Below, piece by piece: positions 8,623 to 16,925 of a stretch of 64,000 nucleotides of DNA (positions are counted from its first letter, which is position 1; each line of letters begins with the position of its first letter). Under the pieces are notes generated by a model. It was not told the origin of the DNA. It saw only the letters and a list, made by a program, of their open reading frames with translations, and made no database searches. The stretch spans positions 9,842 through 73,841 of the IMG/VR virus record IMGVR_UViG_3300035498_000844. The stretch is one strand, 5' to 3'. This DNA comes from a virus (Duplodnaviria > Caudoviricetes). A program made the position numbers and the translations under genes.

Positions 8623-9006
8623 TTAAGCTACAGAGAAGTAAGCTTTCTTCTTCTCTACTTTCTTAACCACTCTTTCAGAGTCAACCAGTTTCTTCATTAA
8701 AGCGGAAACTTTCTGGTTGGAAAGGTGGTTGCCATCTTTCAGAGTATAAGTTGCGATAGCTTCATCTTCCATGAGTTCAGTAATAGTTACTGGTTTCGCG
8801 ATTTCTACAAGTGTGTCATAGATCTTTTCGATCACTTCTGTGTTCTCTTTCTGGGTCTTAGTCAGAGTGGACTTACTAGACTTTCTGTCCAGAAGCTCAA
8901 TCTCATGATCGAGGAAAGAAATAATGTCATCCTTGCGGTCAACTTCAGTAGCCTCAACAATACCTCTTAAAACATTGTACCAATCTTTCTTAGTCATCTT
9001 TGTCAT
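8623..9006 (-). CDS. putative winged-helix DNA-binding protein, paralog of 5134-5517
   Basis: High visual identity with 5134-5517; near-identical RBS region (AAAGGATGTATGAA) and downstream GGGGC-TTTC-GCCCC hairpin. Confidence 0.75.
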   Translation of the reverse strand: MTKMTKKDWYNVLRGIVEATEVDRKDDIISFLDHEIELLDRKSSKSTLTKTQKENTEVIEKIYDTLVEIAKPVTITELMEDEAIATYTLKDGNHLSNQKVSALMKKLVDSERVVKKVEKKKAYFSVA

Positions 9007-9172
9007 AATTCATACATCCTTTCTTAAATGAATTTTCTTTTTGTTTACATTGTTATTATAACTCTTTTTCTTTTGTTTGTCAAGGACTTTTTTATTTTTT
9101 TAGAAGTTTTTGTTTCCCCTTGGCTTTGAAAACTCTCTTTTTTGTTTGTATCTTTATTATACAGGATAAAGC

Positions 9173-9367
9173 TTATTTTGTCAAGCACTTTTTTCCAACT
9201 TTCTTTGCAATTCTCTGTCCGAGAAGTTTAATATGCGGATCTGATGAATTACAATATTTGATTGCAAAATATCTAGGATGATTGGCAATTCTCATACAAA
9301 ACCTTGCTTCTTCATTAATTGAAAAATCATATTTGCGCTGACCTCTTAATGCTTTAGGATAACCCAT
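9173..9367 (-). CDS. hypothetical basic protein
   Basis: GGAG RBS, own promoter. Confidence 0.7.
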   Translation of the reverse strand: MGYPKALRGQRKYDFSINEEARFCMRIANHPRYFAIKYCNSSDPHIKLLGQRIAKKVGKKCLTK

Positions 9368-9469
9368 TTTTTAAATCTCCTTTTCTTTTGATAATTCTAT
9401 TATAAATGATAAGTTATATTTTGTCAAGCGTTTTTTTAAAAAATTTTTCACCCGTGGGGAGTGTTCGCA

Positions 9470-10189
9470 CTAGGCGAACACTTTTCTTAAATCCAACTCT
9501 TTTCTTTTTCTCTGTGGCAACCGCCAACAAGCTGTATTAATTTTCTTATCCATCTTTTTATGAGTCGCAAAACATTTTGCCATAATGTCTACTTCAATTT
9601 CCACATCTTCAAGTCCAGTATGCTTTTCACAAAATTCTGGTGAGTCAATAAGAAATCTATAGCAAGCTTCTGCGGATGTCTGGATGTTTCCCGCTTCACT
9701 TTCAAGACCATTCTGTAAAGCAAATTTAATATAACTTGTGCTATTGAGAATTACTTGACAAGCCATAGACCAGATACAAAAATATTCTGTCCCGAATGGG
9801 AAAAACCATCTAACTAATGACTTGCTACAATAGCGAATTACATTGTTTAATGCTCTTTTATCAAAGTTCATATTATAAGCGCCGACTTTTTTAACATTCC
9901 ATGCTTTCATATCTGCTTTAATCTGTTTTCTGATATTAAAGATGGATTTTAAAATGCGGCTTCCGCTTTTAATATCATCCCAGTAGTTAGGAATCTTTTC
10001 CGCAAAGTATGCGGATTTCATCATCTCTGGATGGTCTAAAAAGATCTCTGCTACAACAAAACTTCTTTTAAGAACAATATGCCCTGTGCGGTCTGCAATA
10101 GCATAACCAATATCATAAGGCAAAGGCTGTTCCAAAGTGTTTGCGGTTTCAGTATCAATAACTAAGTAATATTCTTTTTTTCTGCTCAT
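9470..10189 (-). CDS. DEDDh-family 3'-5' exonuclease
   Basis: ExoI VIDTET, ExoII AYNMNFD, ExoIII HTGLED; start taken at MSRKKEYY after GAGG. Confidence 0.85.
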   Translation of the reverse strand: MSRKKEYYLVIDTETANTLEQPLPYDIGYAIADRTGHIVLKRSFVVAEIFLDHPEMMKSAYFAEKIPNYWDDIKSGSRILKSIFNIRKQIKADMKAWNVKKVGAYNMNFDKRALNNVIRYCSKSLVRWFFPFGTEYFCIWSMACQVILNSTSYIKFALQNGLESEAGNIQTSAEACYRFLIDSPEFCEKHTGLEDVEIEVDIMAKCFATHKKMDKKINTACWRLPQRKRKELDLRKVFA

Positions 10190-10238
10190 TTTTAATTTCC
10201 TCTTTCCTTTTGATGTAACTATTATAACTCCATTAGAA

Positions 10239-10466
10239 TTATTTGTCAAGCGTTTTTTCACTTTCTATCATATTTTTAATAAATAAATCAGAAAATGCGT
10301 CTCCATCAGCTTCGCTGACTTTATAGGCGATAAATTCCATAATAGTACCAATACCATACATGAAATGAAAGTCTCCATGACTTGCGTCATGCTTACCAAT
10401 AAACATATCGCATCCACTGTTGAGTATATCATTTAATACAATTCTATAAGCGTCTTGAGTTGTCAT
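10239..10466 (-). CDS. hypothetical protein
   Basis: 75-aa ORF with RBS and own promoter. Confidence 0.7.
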   Translation of the reverse strand: MTTQDAYRIVLNDILNSGCDMFIGKHDASHGDFHFMYGIGTIMEFIAYKVSEADGDAFSDLFIKNMIESEKTLDK

Positions 10467-10680
10467 TTTTCTTGCTTCCTTTCCTTACCTTGTAAATACA
10501 TTATAGCACCACAGCCGCAGAAAGTCAAGTAGTCAAATTGCACAAATTTCGGGATCCAAAAAATAAAATATTTGTGCAATTTTTCTCTTGACAAAAACTG
10601 ATACATATGATATAATTAAATTTTGGGTCGCGCAAGGACCCTGCGCGACCCGTCAATAATAAAATAAAAAAGCGATATTT

Positions 10681-10830
10681 CTATCGCTTCATAAGCCATT
10701 CATATCTAGCTTTCACTCTGTCAAATTCAAGACTACCATTTTCGCATGCTTCAACTAATGCGCAAAAACCAATTGTTTGTCTAGCTTCAGGACCAAATTT
10801 TCTAATTATATCAATAATCATTTTATCCAT
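10681..10830 (-). CDS. small hypothetical protein, paralog of 16091-16243
   Basis: IIRKFGPEARQTIGFC...VKARYEWLMKR. Confidence 0.7.
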   Translation of the reverse strand: MDKMIIDIIRKFGPEARQTIGFCALVEACENGSLEFDRVKARYEWLMKR

Positions 10831-10890
10831 TTTCAATTCCTCTCTTTCTTTTGATAGCTCTATTATAACATGCTTTTTTCTTTTTGTCAA

Positions 10891-11310
10891 TTAGTTATAT
10901 TCAATTTTTTGAATTATTTCTGTTCCATCGTCTTGTTTTTTATAGGTAATAGTTTTTGTAACTATAATTGTATCACCAATATTATAATTATCATAAATAC
11001 TTTTAGATACTTCTGTTTTTTCATCATCCCAAATTACATAATAATCATAAACAAAATGTCCACCTTTTCCGGGTATTCCTACAAAATGACGATCTTCTTT
11101 TTTATCTTCAATTTGAATAACAATTTCTGTTTTTTCAGTCCTAAAGATTTGTTTGGAAAGTTTATCATCTTTAAAAAGTCCAATTAAGAAAAATAATCCA
11201 CCAACAAGAATTAAAAAATATCGCATTTTATAATTTTTATTATCATCTAATATCATACCTAAGAAAAAAATAATACATCCAACAATAGTTAACCATATCC
11301 AATTTATCAT
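10891..11310 (-). CDS. membrane protein with two N-terminal TM helices
   Basis: WIWLTIVGCIIFFLGMIL and YFLILVGGLFFLIGLF; small beta-rich C-terminal domain. Confidence 0.7.
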   Translation of the reverse strand: MINWIWLTIVGCIIFFLGMILDDNKNYKMRYFLILVGGLFFLIGLFKDDKLSKQIFRTEKTEIVIQIEDKKEDRHFVGIPGKGGHFVYDYYVIWDDEKTEVSKSIYDNYNIGDTIIVTKTITYKKQDDGTEIIQKIEYN

Positions 11311-11398
11311 TTTCAAGTCCTCTTTTTCTTTTGATAAATTAATTATAAGGGATAAAATGCTTTTTATCAAGTGCTTTTTTGAAATTTTAAAGAGATTT

Positions 11399-11854
11399 TT
11401 ATAATCTCTTTAAAATTTCAATAATATTATTCGTAGCATCAACTGTAATTCCTAAATCCCAGTCATCACGATTTTTCTTTTCATCATCAATTAAGATTCC
11501 ATAACCATATTTTCTACAAGTATCTGCTTTTTTAATTCCATAGGCTGTAATTAAAATTTTGTCAAGAATGATATCAAAACCATAATTTTCTAACCAGTTC
11601 ATTTTTGCTTTAATGACTCTTTTATTAAATTCTTCCGTAGGAACTTTACTTAACCAACTAATAATTCCAATATTATATCCCTTTTCTTTTAAATCAACCA
11701 GAGTAGCTAAAAGATCTAAGGTGTTATAAAGCGGTTTTGCTTCTCTGTAAGGTCTTTCGTTGTAGCTTCTTAAATCTTCAAGCCATCCATCTACGCCGTA
11801 GAAATCACAAATGCTTCCATCCATATCTAACCAAATCCATTTATCTTTTTTCAT
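11399..11854 (-). CDS. HAD-superfamily 5'(3')-deoxyribonucleotidase-like phosphatase
   Basis: Motif I WLDMDG, motif II IISW, motif III K, motif IV ILIDD. Confidence 0.8.
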   Translation of the reverse strand: MKKDKWIWLDMDGSICDFYGVDGWLEDLRSYNERPYREAKPLYNTLDLLATLVDLKEKGYNIGIISWLSKVPTEEFNKRVIKAKMNWLENYGFDIILDKILITAYGIKKADTCRKYGYGILIDDEKKNRDDWDLGITVDATNNIIEILKRL

Positions 11855-11911
11855 TTTTCTTACTTCCTTTCCTTTTCTGTATCTTTATTATAGGACAAAA
11901 GACTTATTTTG

Positions 11912-12370
11912 TCAAGCCTTTTTTCGTTTTTTCTTTTTTAAATTTTCAAGTGTACGGGATGTTACAATTTGTGCTCCATTAAATTTAATTTGAATTTCTT
12001 TTCCATTTACATTTAAATCACCTTCTATATAAAAGGGAATATTGTCTTTTCCTCTGAAAGGTTTGTCATGCAATTCTGAAATAACTCTTTCAAATTCTAC
12101 GCCTTTATTATATTTGCCAATTAAAATATTTTCTGAACCAATAATAAATGCGCCTTTTCTAATTAATTGTTCTTGATAATGTTTTGGAAGTCTTAATTGA
12201 AGTTTTTCACAACCCCCACGTTTAGAACTTTCATGTTCAACTTTTAGGTATCTAGGCATAATTTCTGCAACCTCTATCATATAAACTTCATGTTTATAAA
12301 TAAAGCCTAAAATGTAAGAATCCGCAGCACTGTATTTTCTATAATTACGAATCATTGTTTCTTTTGTCAT
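11912..12370 (-). CDS. hypothetical protein
   Basis: MTKETMIRNY... after GAGG; C-terminal GDLNVNGKEIQIKF faintly resembles a PD-(D/E)XK core. Confidence 0.7.
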   Translation of the reverse strand: MTKETMIRNYRKYSAADSYILGFIYKHEVYMIEVAEIMPRYLKVEHESSKRGGCEKLQLRLPKHYQEQLIRKGAFIIGSENILIGKYNKGVEFERVISELHDKPFRGKDNIPFYIEGDLNVNGKEIQIKFNGAQIVTSRTLENLKKKKRKKA

Positions 12371-12372
12371 TT

Positions 12373-12624
12373 TTATAACACCTCTCTTTCTTCTACTTTG
12401 TAAGAAGCAAAAATACCTTTGTAATACCAATTTAAAATTTCTTTAGTATTTAAAAATTTATTTTCATCATATTCATGTTTGTTTTCCAAACCAAATTTTC
12501 CATTGTAGCAATGAAAAATTTTTGTATCCTTAATACAACTTTTAATATAATCAACAGCTTTCTTTTTAGAAGATACGATTGCAATTATTTTTTCTGCTTC
12601 ATAAATTAAATATACTTTCTTCAT
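12373..12624 (-). CDS. hypothetical protein
   Basis: MKKVYLIYE... after GAGG; own promoter. Confidence 0.65.
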   Translation of the reverse strand: MKKVYLIYEAEKIIAIVSSKKKAVDYIKSCIKDTKIFHCYNGKFGLENKHEYDENKFLNTKEILNWYYKGIFASYKVEEREVL

Positions 12625-12673
12625 TTTTCTTTTCCTCTTTCCTTTTGATAAGCTTATTATAGCATATATGTTG

Positions 12674-12823
12674 TTATTTGTCAATCACTTTTACAAAAAA
12701 GCAATTAACAGGATGAACAAGTGCTAAATAAGAATTTTTTGCTCTAGTTACTTCTTTTTCAGCCTCTTCTTTTGTTTCATAAGTTCCAAGTACGTGTCCA
12801 CTAACGATTGCCTGATATTTCAT
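12674..12823 (-). CDS. 49-aa hypothetical protein (absent from ORF track)
   Basis: MKYQAIVSGHVLGTYETKEEAEKEVTRAKNSYLALVHPVNCFFVKVIDK; GGGAG RBS; promoter 12854-12882. Confidence 0.7.
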   Translation of the reverse strand: MKYQAIVSGHVLGTYETKEEAEKEVTRAKNSYLALVHPVNCFFVKVIDK

Positions 12824-12889
12824 TTTTTGATCTCCCTTCCTTTTGATGATTTAATTATAGCACGCTAATCTCTATTTGTCAATTACTTT

Positions 12890-13114
12890 TTAAAAATATT
12901 TTTCTTGATCTTCCCAGTATTCTTTTTTATAGCAATTATAAAAGATTTTCATAAACCAATATTTAAAACCAGAAATGACAGTTGCTTTAGTAGAAATATT
13001 TCCTTTGCTATACCAGTATTGATTAGCTTCTTCCATATTTTTTACAACAAAAATATATTGTCTTTTATGATTTTTATTTAACTGAACCCATTTTTCAATT
13101 TTATAGTGTACCAT
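12890..13114 (-). CDS. hypothetical aromatic-rich protein
   Basis: MVHYKIEKW... after AAGGAG RBS, preceded by a ~100-nt structured leader. Confidence 0.65.
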   Translation of the reverse strand: MVHYKIEKWVQLNKNHKRQYIFVVKNMEEANQYWYSKGNISTKATVISGFKYWFMKIFYNCYKKEYWEDQEKYF

Positions 13115-13507
13115 ATTTTTCTCCTTTCGGTGGGACTGTAGCCACCTTAGACTAACCACCTAAAATTCATTAACTGACTAGTCCAAGCTGTGTGGCATCC
13201 GCAATCCCTTTCCTTGATTATAGTATAACACAACTGAACGAGATTACAATAGGTAATTTGCACAAAATTTGAGGTGCGGTTTTGTGCAAAATTTTTGTGG
13301 CATTTCGGGATAAAATATATAAAAATTTTGTGCAAATTGTCTATTGACAAAATGAGCGATTCATGATATAATTGAAATTTCGCCGGCGTGAGGACCGTAC
13401 GCCGCCCGTCAAAAAGTCAAGTGGAAAATTGCACAAAATTTCATTTTTATTTTGTGCATTTTTATTTAAAAATTTAAAAAAAATGGAGAAAAATTTACTC
13501 TTCTCCA

Positions 13508-13641
13508 CTACATCACCTTTTCTCCACTCTGAAATCTTCTTTCTAATTCATTTAATCTGTTGTACTCTTCTTTGGTGATTTTTTACCAGTCATCATCTTG
13601 CCAATTAATTTTACTCTTTCTTTATCTTCTTTCTTAGTCAT
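13508..13641 (-). pseudogene. small ORF broken at an A6 run (or sequencing error)
   Basis: MTKKEDKERVKLIGKMMTGK / ITKEEYNRLNELERRFQSGEKVM*; 134 nt; followed by a terminator hairpin. Confidence 0.5.
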
Positions 13642-13726
13642 TTTTTTAATCTCCCTTTCTTTTGATGATTTAATTATACATCAGACATGCTTATTTGTCA
13701 ATACTTTTTTAATAAAAATAAAAGAC

Positions 13727-13915
13727 CTAGATTGATCTAGGTCTTAAGTTGATAGTAGCGGTAACTTTAAATCTTCCATCTTTTAAGCTTGATGTTTCGA
13801 TTGAAAGAACTTGATTTTCGCAATCTTTCATAACTTTTTTAATGATTTCTAATCCTTCCTCTGCGTTTCTTGCGAATCCTTTTACTTTAAATTCATTCAT
13901 AGTTGTTGCAGTCAT
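13727..13915 (-). CDS. hypothetical protein
   Basis: MTATTMNEFK... after GAGG; own promoter and terminator. Confidence 0.7.
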   Translation of the reverse strand: MTATTMNEFKVKGFARNAEEGLEIIKKVMKDCENQVLSIETSSLKDGRFKVTATINLRPRSI

Positions 13916-13982
13916 TTTTATTTTCCTCTCTTTCTTTTGATACACTTATTATACTATATAATGATTAGTTTGTCAATACTTT

Positions 13983-14105
13983 TTATTCTTTAATTTTAAA
14001 AATCCATCCTTCGCGCAACTTTTCTACAGTAAATAAATACTGATTATTAGTAAGATATTTTATCAGTCTATCATAAGATTCTTTTTTGCTAACTAACATT
14101 GCCAT
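13983..14105 (-). CDS. 40-aa hypothetical protein (absent from ORF track)
   Basis: MAMLVSKKESYDRLIKYLTNNQYLFTVEKLREGWIFKIKE; GAGGGGG RBS; promoter 14140-14168. Confidence 0.7.
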   Translation of the reverse strand: MAMLVSKKESYDRLIKYLTNNQYLFTVEKLREGWIFKIKE

Positions 14106-14168
14106 GTTTGTTACCCCCTCTTTATTTGATTATGTATTTATTATAACATGAAAGTAATTATTTGTCAA

Positions 14169-14453
14169 CTACTTTTTTAATCTTACTTTTACGACTTCAT
14201 CATCATAAATATTTGAATCAGTACCATTATTATTCATCTGTAATACTACTTTATCACCAATAGAAAAGCCACTTCCTTCAAATTCCCATAGATTTCCAGT
14301 TTCATCTTCTGCCAGATAAAGAGTTGCGGTTTCTTGATCAATAATTGTTGCATTGCGACTATAATGGCTTTCAATATAACTTGCAAAAAAAATACCAAAT
14401 GAAATTAAAACAGCCAAACCCGCAAGTTCAATATTTTCAATAATTTTTCTCAT
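14169..14453 (-). CDS. membrane-anchored OB-fold-like protein
   Basis: N-terminal TM LAGLAVLISFGIFFASYI then EDETGNLWEF...GDKVVLQM. Confidence 0.65.
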   Translation of the reverse strand: MRKIIENIELAGLAVLISFGIFFASYIESHYSRNATIIDQETATLYLAEDETGNLWEFEGSGFSIGDKVVLQMNNNGTDSNIYDDEVVKVRLKK

Positions 14454-14582
14454 TTTCTCTTTCCTCTTTTCTTTTGATGTATTTATTATAACAAATTTAA
14501 TTAAAATTGTCAAGTGTTTTTTTAATAATAAAGAAAGCTTTTTATCAAGCCTTCTTTATTATTAAATTATTGAGTCCTTTTG

Positions 14583-14804
14583 TCAAGAGAAAAGAAAAAA
14601 GCTTTTATCGACGTACATCCAGTAAGATTCTACACATACTGACTTAGTTTTATCATCCATGTATACTAAATAATGGTCATCATTTTTAACACCAACTAAA
14701 AAACAACCATTATCATACTCAAAGTCTACATCTAATTCAATCAATTGAGCTTTGATTTCTTCATAAGACATACCTATAAACATACCATTTTCTAAATCCA
14801 TCAT
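14583..14804 (-). CDS. small acidic hypothetical protein
   Basis: GAGG RBS, own promoter. Confidence 0.65.
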   Translation of the reverse strand: MMDLENGMFIGMSYEEIKAQLIELDVDFEYDNGCFLVGVKNDDHYLVYMDDKTKSVCVESYWMYVDKSFFLFS

Positions 14805-15051
14805 TTTTTGTTTCCTCTCTTTCTTTCCTTCATCTTATGTCTTTATTATATCACGTTTGCTGTAAAAGTCAAGTAGTTTTTCAATTTTTTTATTTTTTCT
14901 ATAGACCTTAAATTGCGTTAAGGTCTATAGAATTTGCAAGAATTTTTGTAAAGAATGGAACGTACGCGCTGCTCAAAATTTGTCAATAGTAAAAATATAC
15001 AAAAATTAGCAGGTCGTTTTGGTGCAACCTGCTGAATTTTTATTTTAGCTT

Positions 15052-15291
15052 TCATTTTCTGTTTTTTCTAGCTATTTCTCTGCCGCATTCAATTTTTCCG
15101 ATTCTTTCTTCTTTTTCTGTAATTTTTCCATTAAATACCATTGTAACTTTATACATTGTAAAATTTACATTCCATGTATCCTTAATAGCATCTTCTCTTG
15201 CGTCTTTTTCTGTCTCAAATTTTCTTTCTTGAAAATCTCTTCCTTCCATTCCACCGTAGCTTGTAGTTTTGTAATAAGTAATTTCTGTCAT
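15052..15291 (-). CDS. hypothetical protein
   Basis: 79-aa ORF with RBS and own promoter. Confidence 0.7.
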   Translation of the reverse strand: MTEITYYKTTSYGGMEGRDFQERKFETEKDAREDAIKDTWNVNFTMYKVTMVFNGKITEKEERIGKIECGREIARKNRK

Positions 15292-15408
15292 TTCTTTTTA
15301 CCTTAATCCTTTTTGGATTTCCTTTCCTTTTGATGGTTTAATTATAACTCCTTAGTAGCTTTTTGTCAAGCACTTTTTAAAATTTTTTTTATTTTTTGAA
15401 GAGACTTT

Positions 15409-15501
15409 TTACTTAGCCTCTTCAAACATCTCTTCATCAGAAATTTCAAGTTCTTTCATAAGATCTTCTAAAGTTGCTCCGTACATCATCATCTCTGTCA
15501 T
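15409..15501 (-). CDS. 30-aa highly acidic peptide (absent from ORF track)
   Basis: MTEMMMYGATLEDLMKELEISDEEMFEEAK; GGGAG RBS; promoter 15532-15560. Confidence 0.65.
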   Translation of the reverse strand: MTEMMMYGATLEDLMKELEISDEEMFEEAK

Positions 15502-15579
15502 TGTTTTGTTCTCCCTTCTTTTGATGGTTTAAGTATACCATACGTTACAATAAATGTCAACAGTTTTTTAAAAAATTTT

Positions 15580-15642
15580 TAAAAATAAAAAATTGCAGGC
15601 TGAGTGTCTGCGTCCTATCTGGTGTCCACTCCTTCTCCCACT
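15580..15642 (-). ncRNA. candidate ~60-nt GGA-rich small RNA
   Basis: Promoter 15646-15674, no start codon, GCAG/CTGC hairpin plus U-tract. Confidence 0.4.
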
Positions 15643-15835
15643 ATTATAATATCATGTTTATGCGGAAAAGTCAAGCAGTTTTTATTGTTAATTTTTTAAC
15701 AATCTTCGCCCTTTGGATTGCGGGATTCAGCTTTAAAATGCGAAAACCTAGCTTTTCTGCGGAAAAAGCTAGGTCTATGTTACTATGGAGTGAACCGAGC
15801 TACCTACGATTGTTCGCGGTAACCCTTGAAGTGTA

Positions 15836-16006
15836 TTACTTCAAAAATGTGCTAATAGCTTCAAAGCAAACGTTTGCATTGTCCTTTGACTTTGTGTCTT
15901 CTTGTTCAGCAAAATTGTTCATTGCTGATGAGATAAGATCTTTGACACTCACAAAGTTAAGTACAAGCCTTAAAGCTGCTAGTTCGTCTAAGCTAACCTT
16001 GCCCAT
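15836..16006 (-). CDS. 56-aa hypothetical protein (absent from ORF track)
   Basis: MGKVSLDELAALRLVLNFVSVKDLISSAMNNFAEQEDTKSKDNANVCFEAISTFLK; AGGAG RBS; promoter 16049-16077. Confidence 0.7.
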   Translation of the reverse strand: MGKVSLDELAALRLVLNFVSVKDLISSAMNNFAEQEDTKSKDNANVCFEAISTFLK

Positions 16007-16090
16007 TCGGTTCGACTCCTTTCTATATTCTATTTTCTTTATATTATTATTATACCATAAAATTTTTTAAAAGTCAAAATGAAGCGGTTT

Positions 16091-16243
16091 TCACCGCTCC
16101 ATTAGTTCATTATACCTAGCTTTAATCTGCTTCATAGTCGGATTCCCGCCTAACTGAATACAAAATAAACAAAAGTCAAGTGTTTCATCTGCCTCAAACC
16201 CAAATTTTCTAATTACTTTATCCATCATCTGTTCTTTTGTCAT
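16091..16243 (-). CDS. 50-aa hypothetical protein, paralog of 10681-10830 (absent from ORF track)
   Basis: MTKEQMMDKVIRKFGFEADETLDFC...IKARYNELMER. Confidence 0.75.
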   Translation of the reverse strand: MTKEQMMDKVIRKFGFEADETLDFCLFCIQLGGNPTMKQIKARYNELMER

Positions 16244-16347
16244 ATCTTATTCCTTCTTTCTTTTGATACCACTATTATAACGTAGTAGCTAGTTAATGTC
16301 AAGCGGTTTTCGTATCTTTACCGCTCTTTTTATCCCGCCCAAAGTCA

Positions 16348-16659
16348 CTATGAAGTGACCCAGCCGCGTTTCTTTTTTATAGCTTCATACTTTTCCGCTT
16401 TTTCTTTTTCAATTTTTTCTTTATTATACTCTCTGACCTTAATCTTAAGATAATTATATCTTTTTAAATCAGCTTTTGTCCAATAACGCTTGACACAGAT
16501 CTTTTCAATGCCTTTGATCCTCAATGTTTTAACAAAGTTCTCTTTACCTATTGTTCTGATAAGCTCATTGTCTTGCTTTATAATACAACTCACTGGTTTG
16601 TATTCTCCTGTTGTGCAAAACAGTGTGACTTGATACTCTTTCAACATAATTATCATCAT
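16348..16659 (-). CDS. basic hypothetical protein
   Basis: 103-aa ORF with AAGGA RBS. Confidence 0.7.
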   Translation of the reverse strand: MMIIMLKEYQVTLFCTTGEYKPVSCIIKQDNELIRTIGKENFVKTLRIKGIEKICVKRYWTKADLKRYNYLKIKVREYNKEKIEKEKAEKYEAIKKKRGWVTS

Positions 16660-16712
16660 CCTTTTTTTATTATAATATCCTTGTTATTCATGTTATTCAT
16701 TGAGTATGAAGC

Positions 16713-16925
16713 TTAACAAGCTTCATACTCTTCATCATCGGAATACTCACGATAATCCCAAGGAATTTTACATTCTGAACCATTATCATAGCAACGATAG
16801 ACTTCTATTGAGCCGCATTGTGACATTGCAAATTGAGAAGCTTTATGTTTTGAAGAGAACCAGAACTCTTTATCAGACTCCATCATGCTATATGCTTTCT
16901 TTACCACTTTATATCCCTTTACCAT
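16713..16925 (-). CDS. hypothetical protein
   Basis: GGAAGGA RBS, own promoter. Confidence 0.65.
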   Translation of the reverse strand: MVKGYKVVKKAYSMMESDKEFWFSSKHKASQFAMSQCGSIEVYRCYDNGSECKIPWDYREYSDDEEYEAC

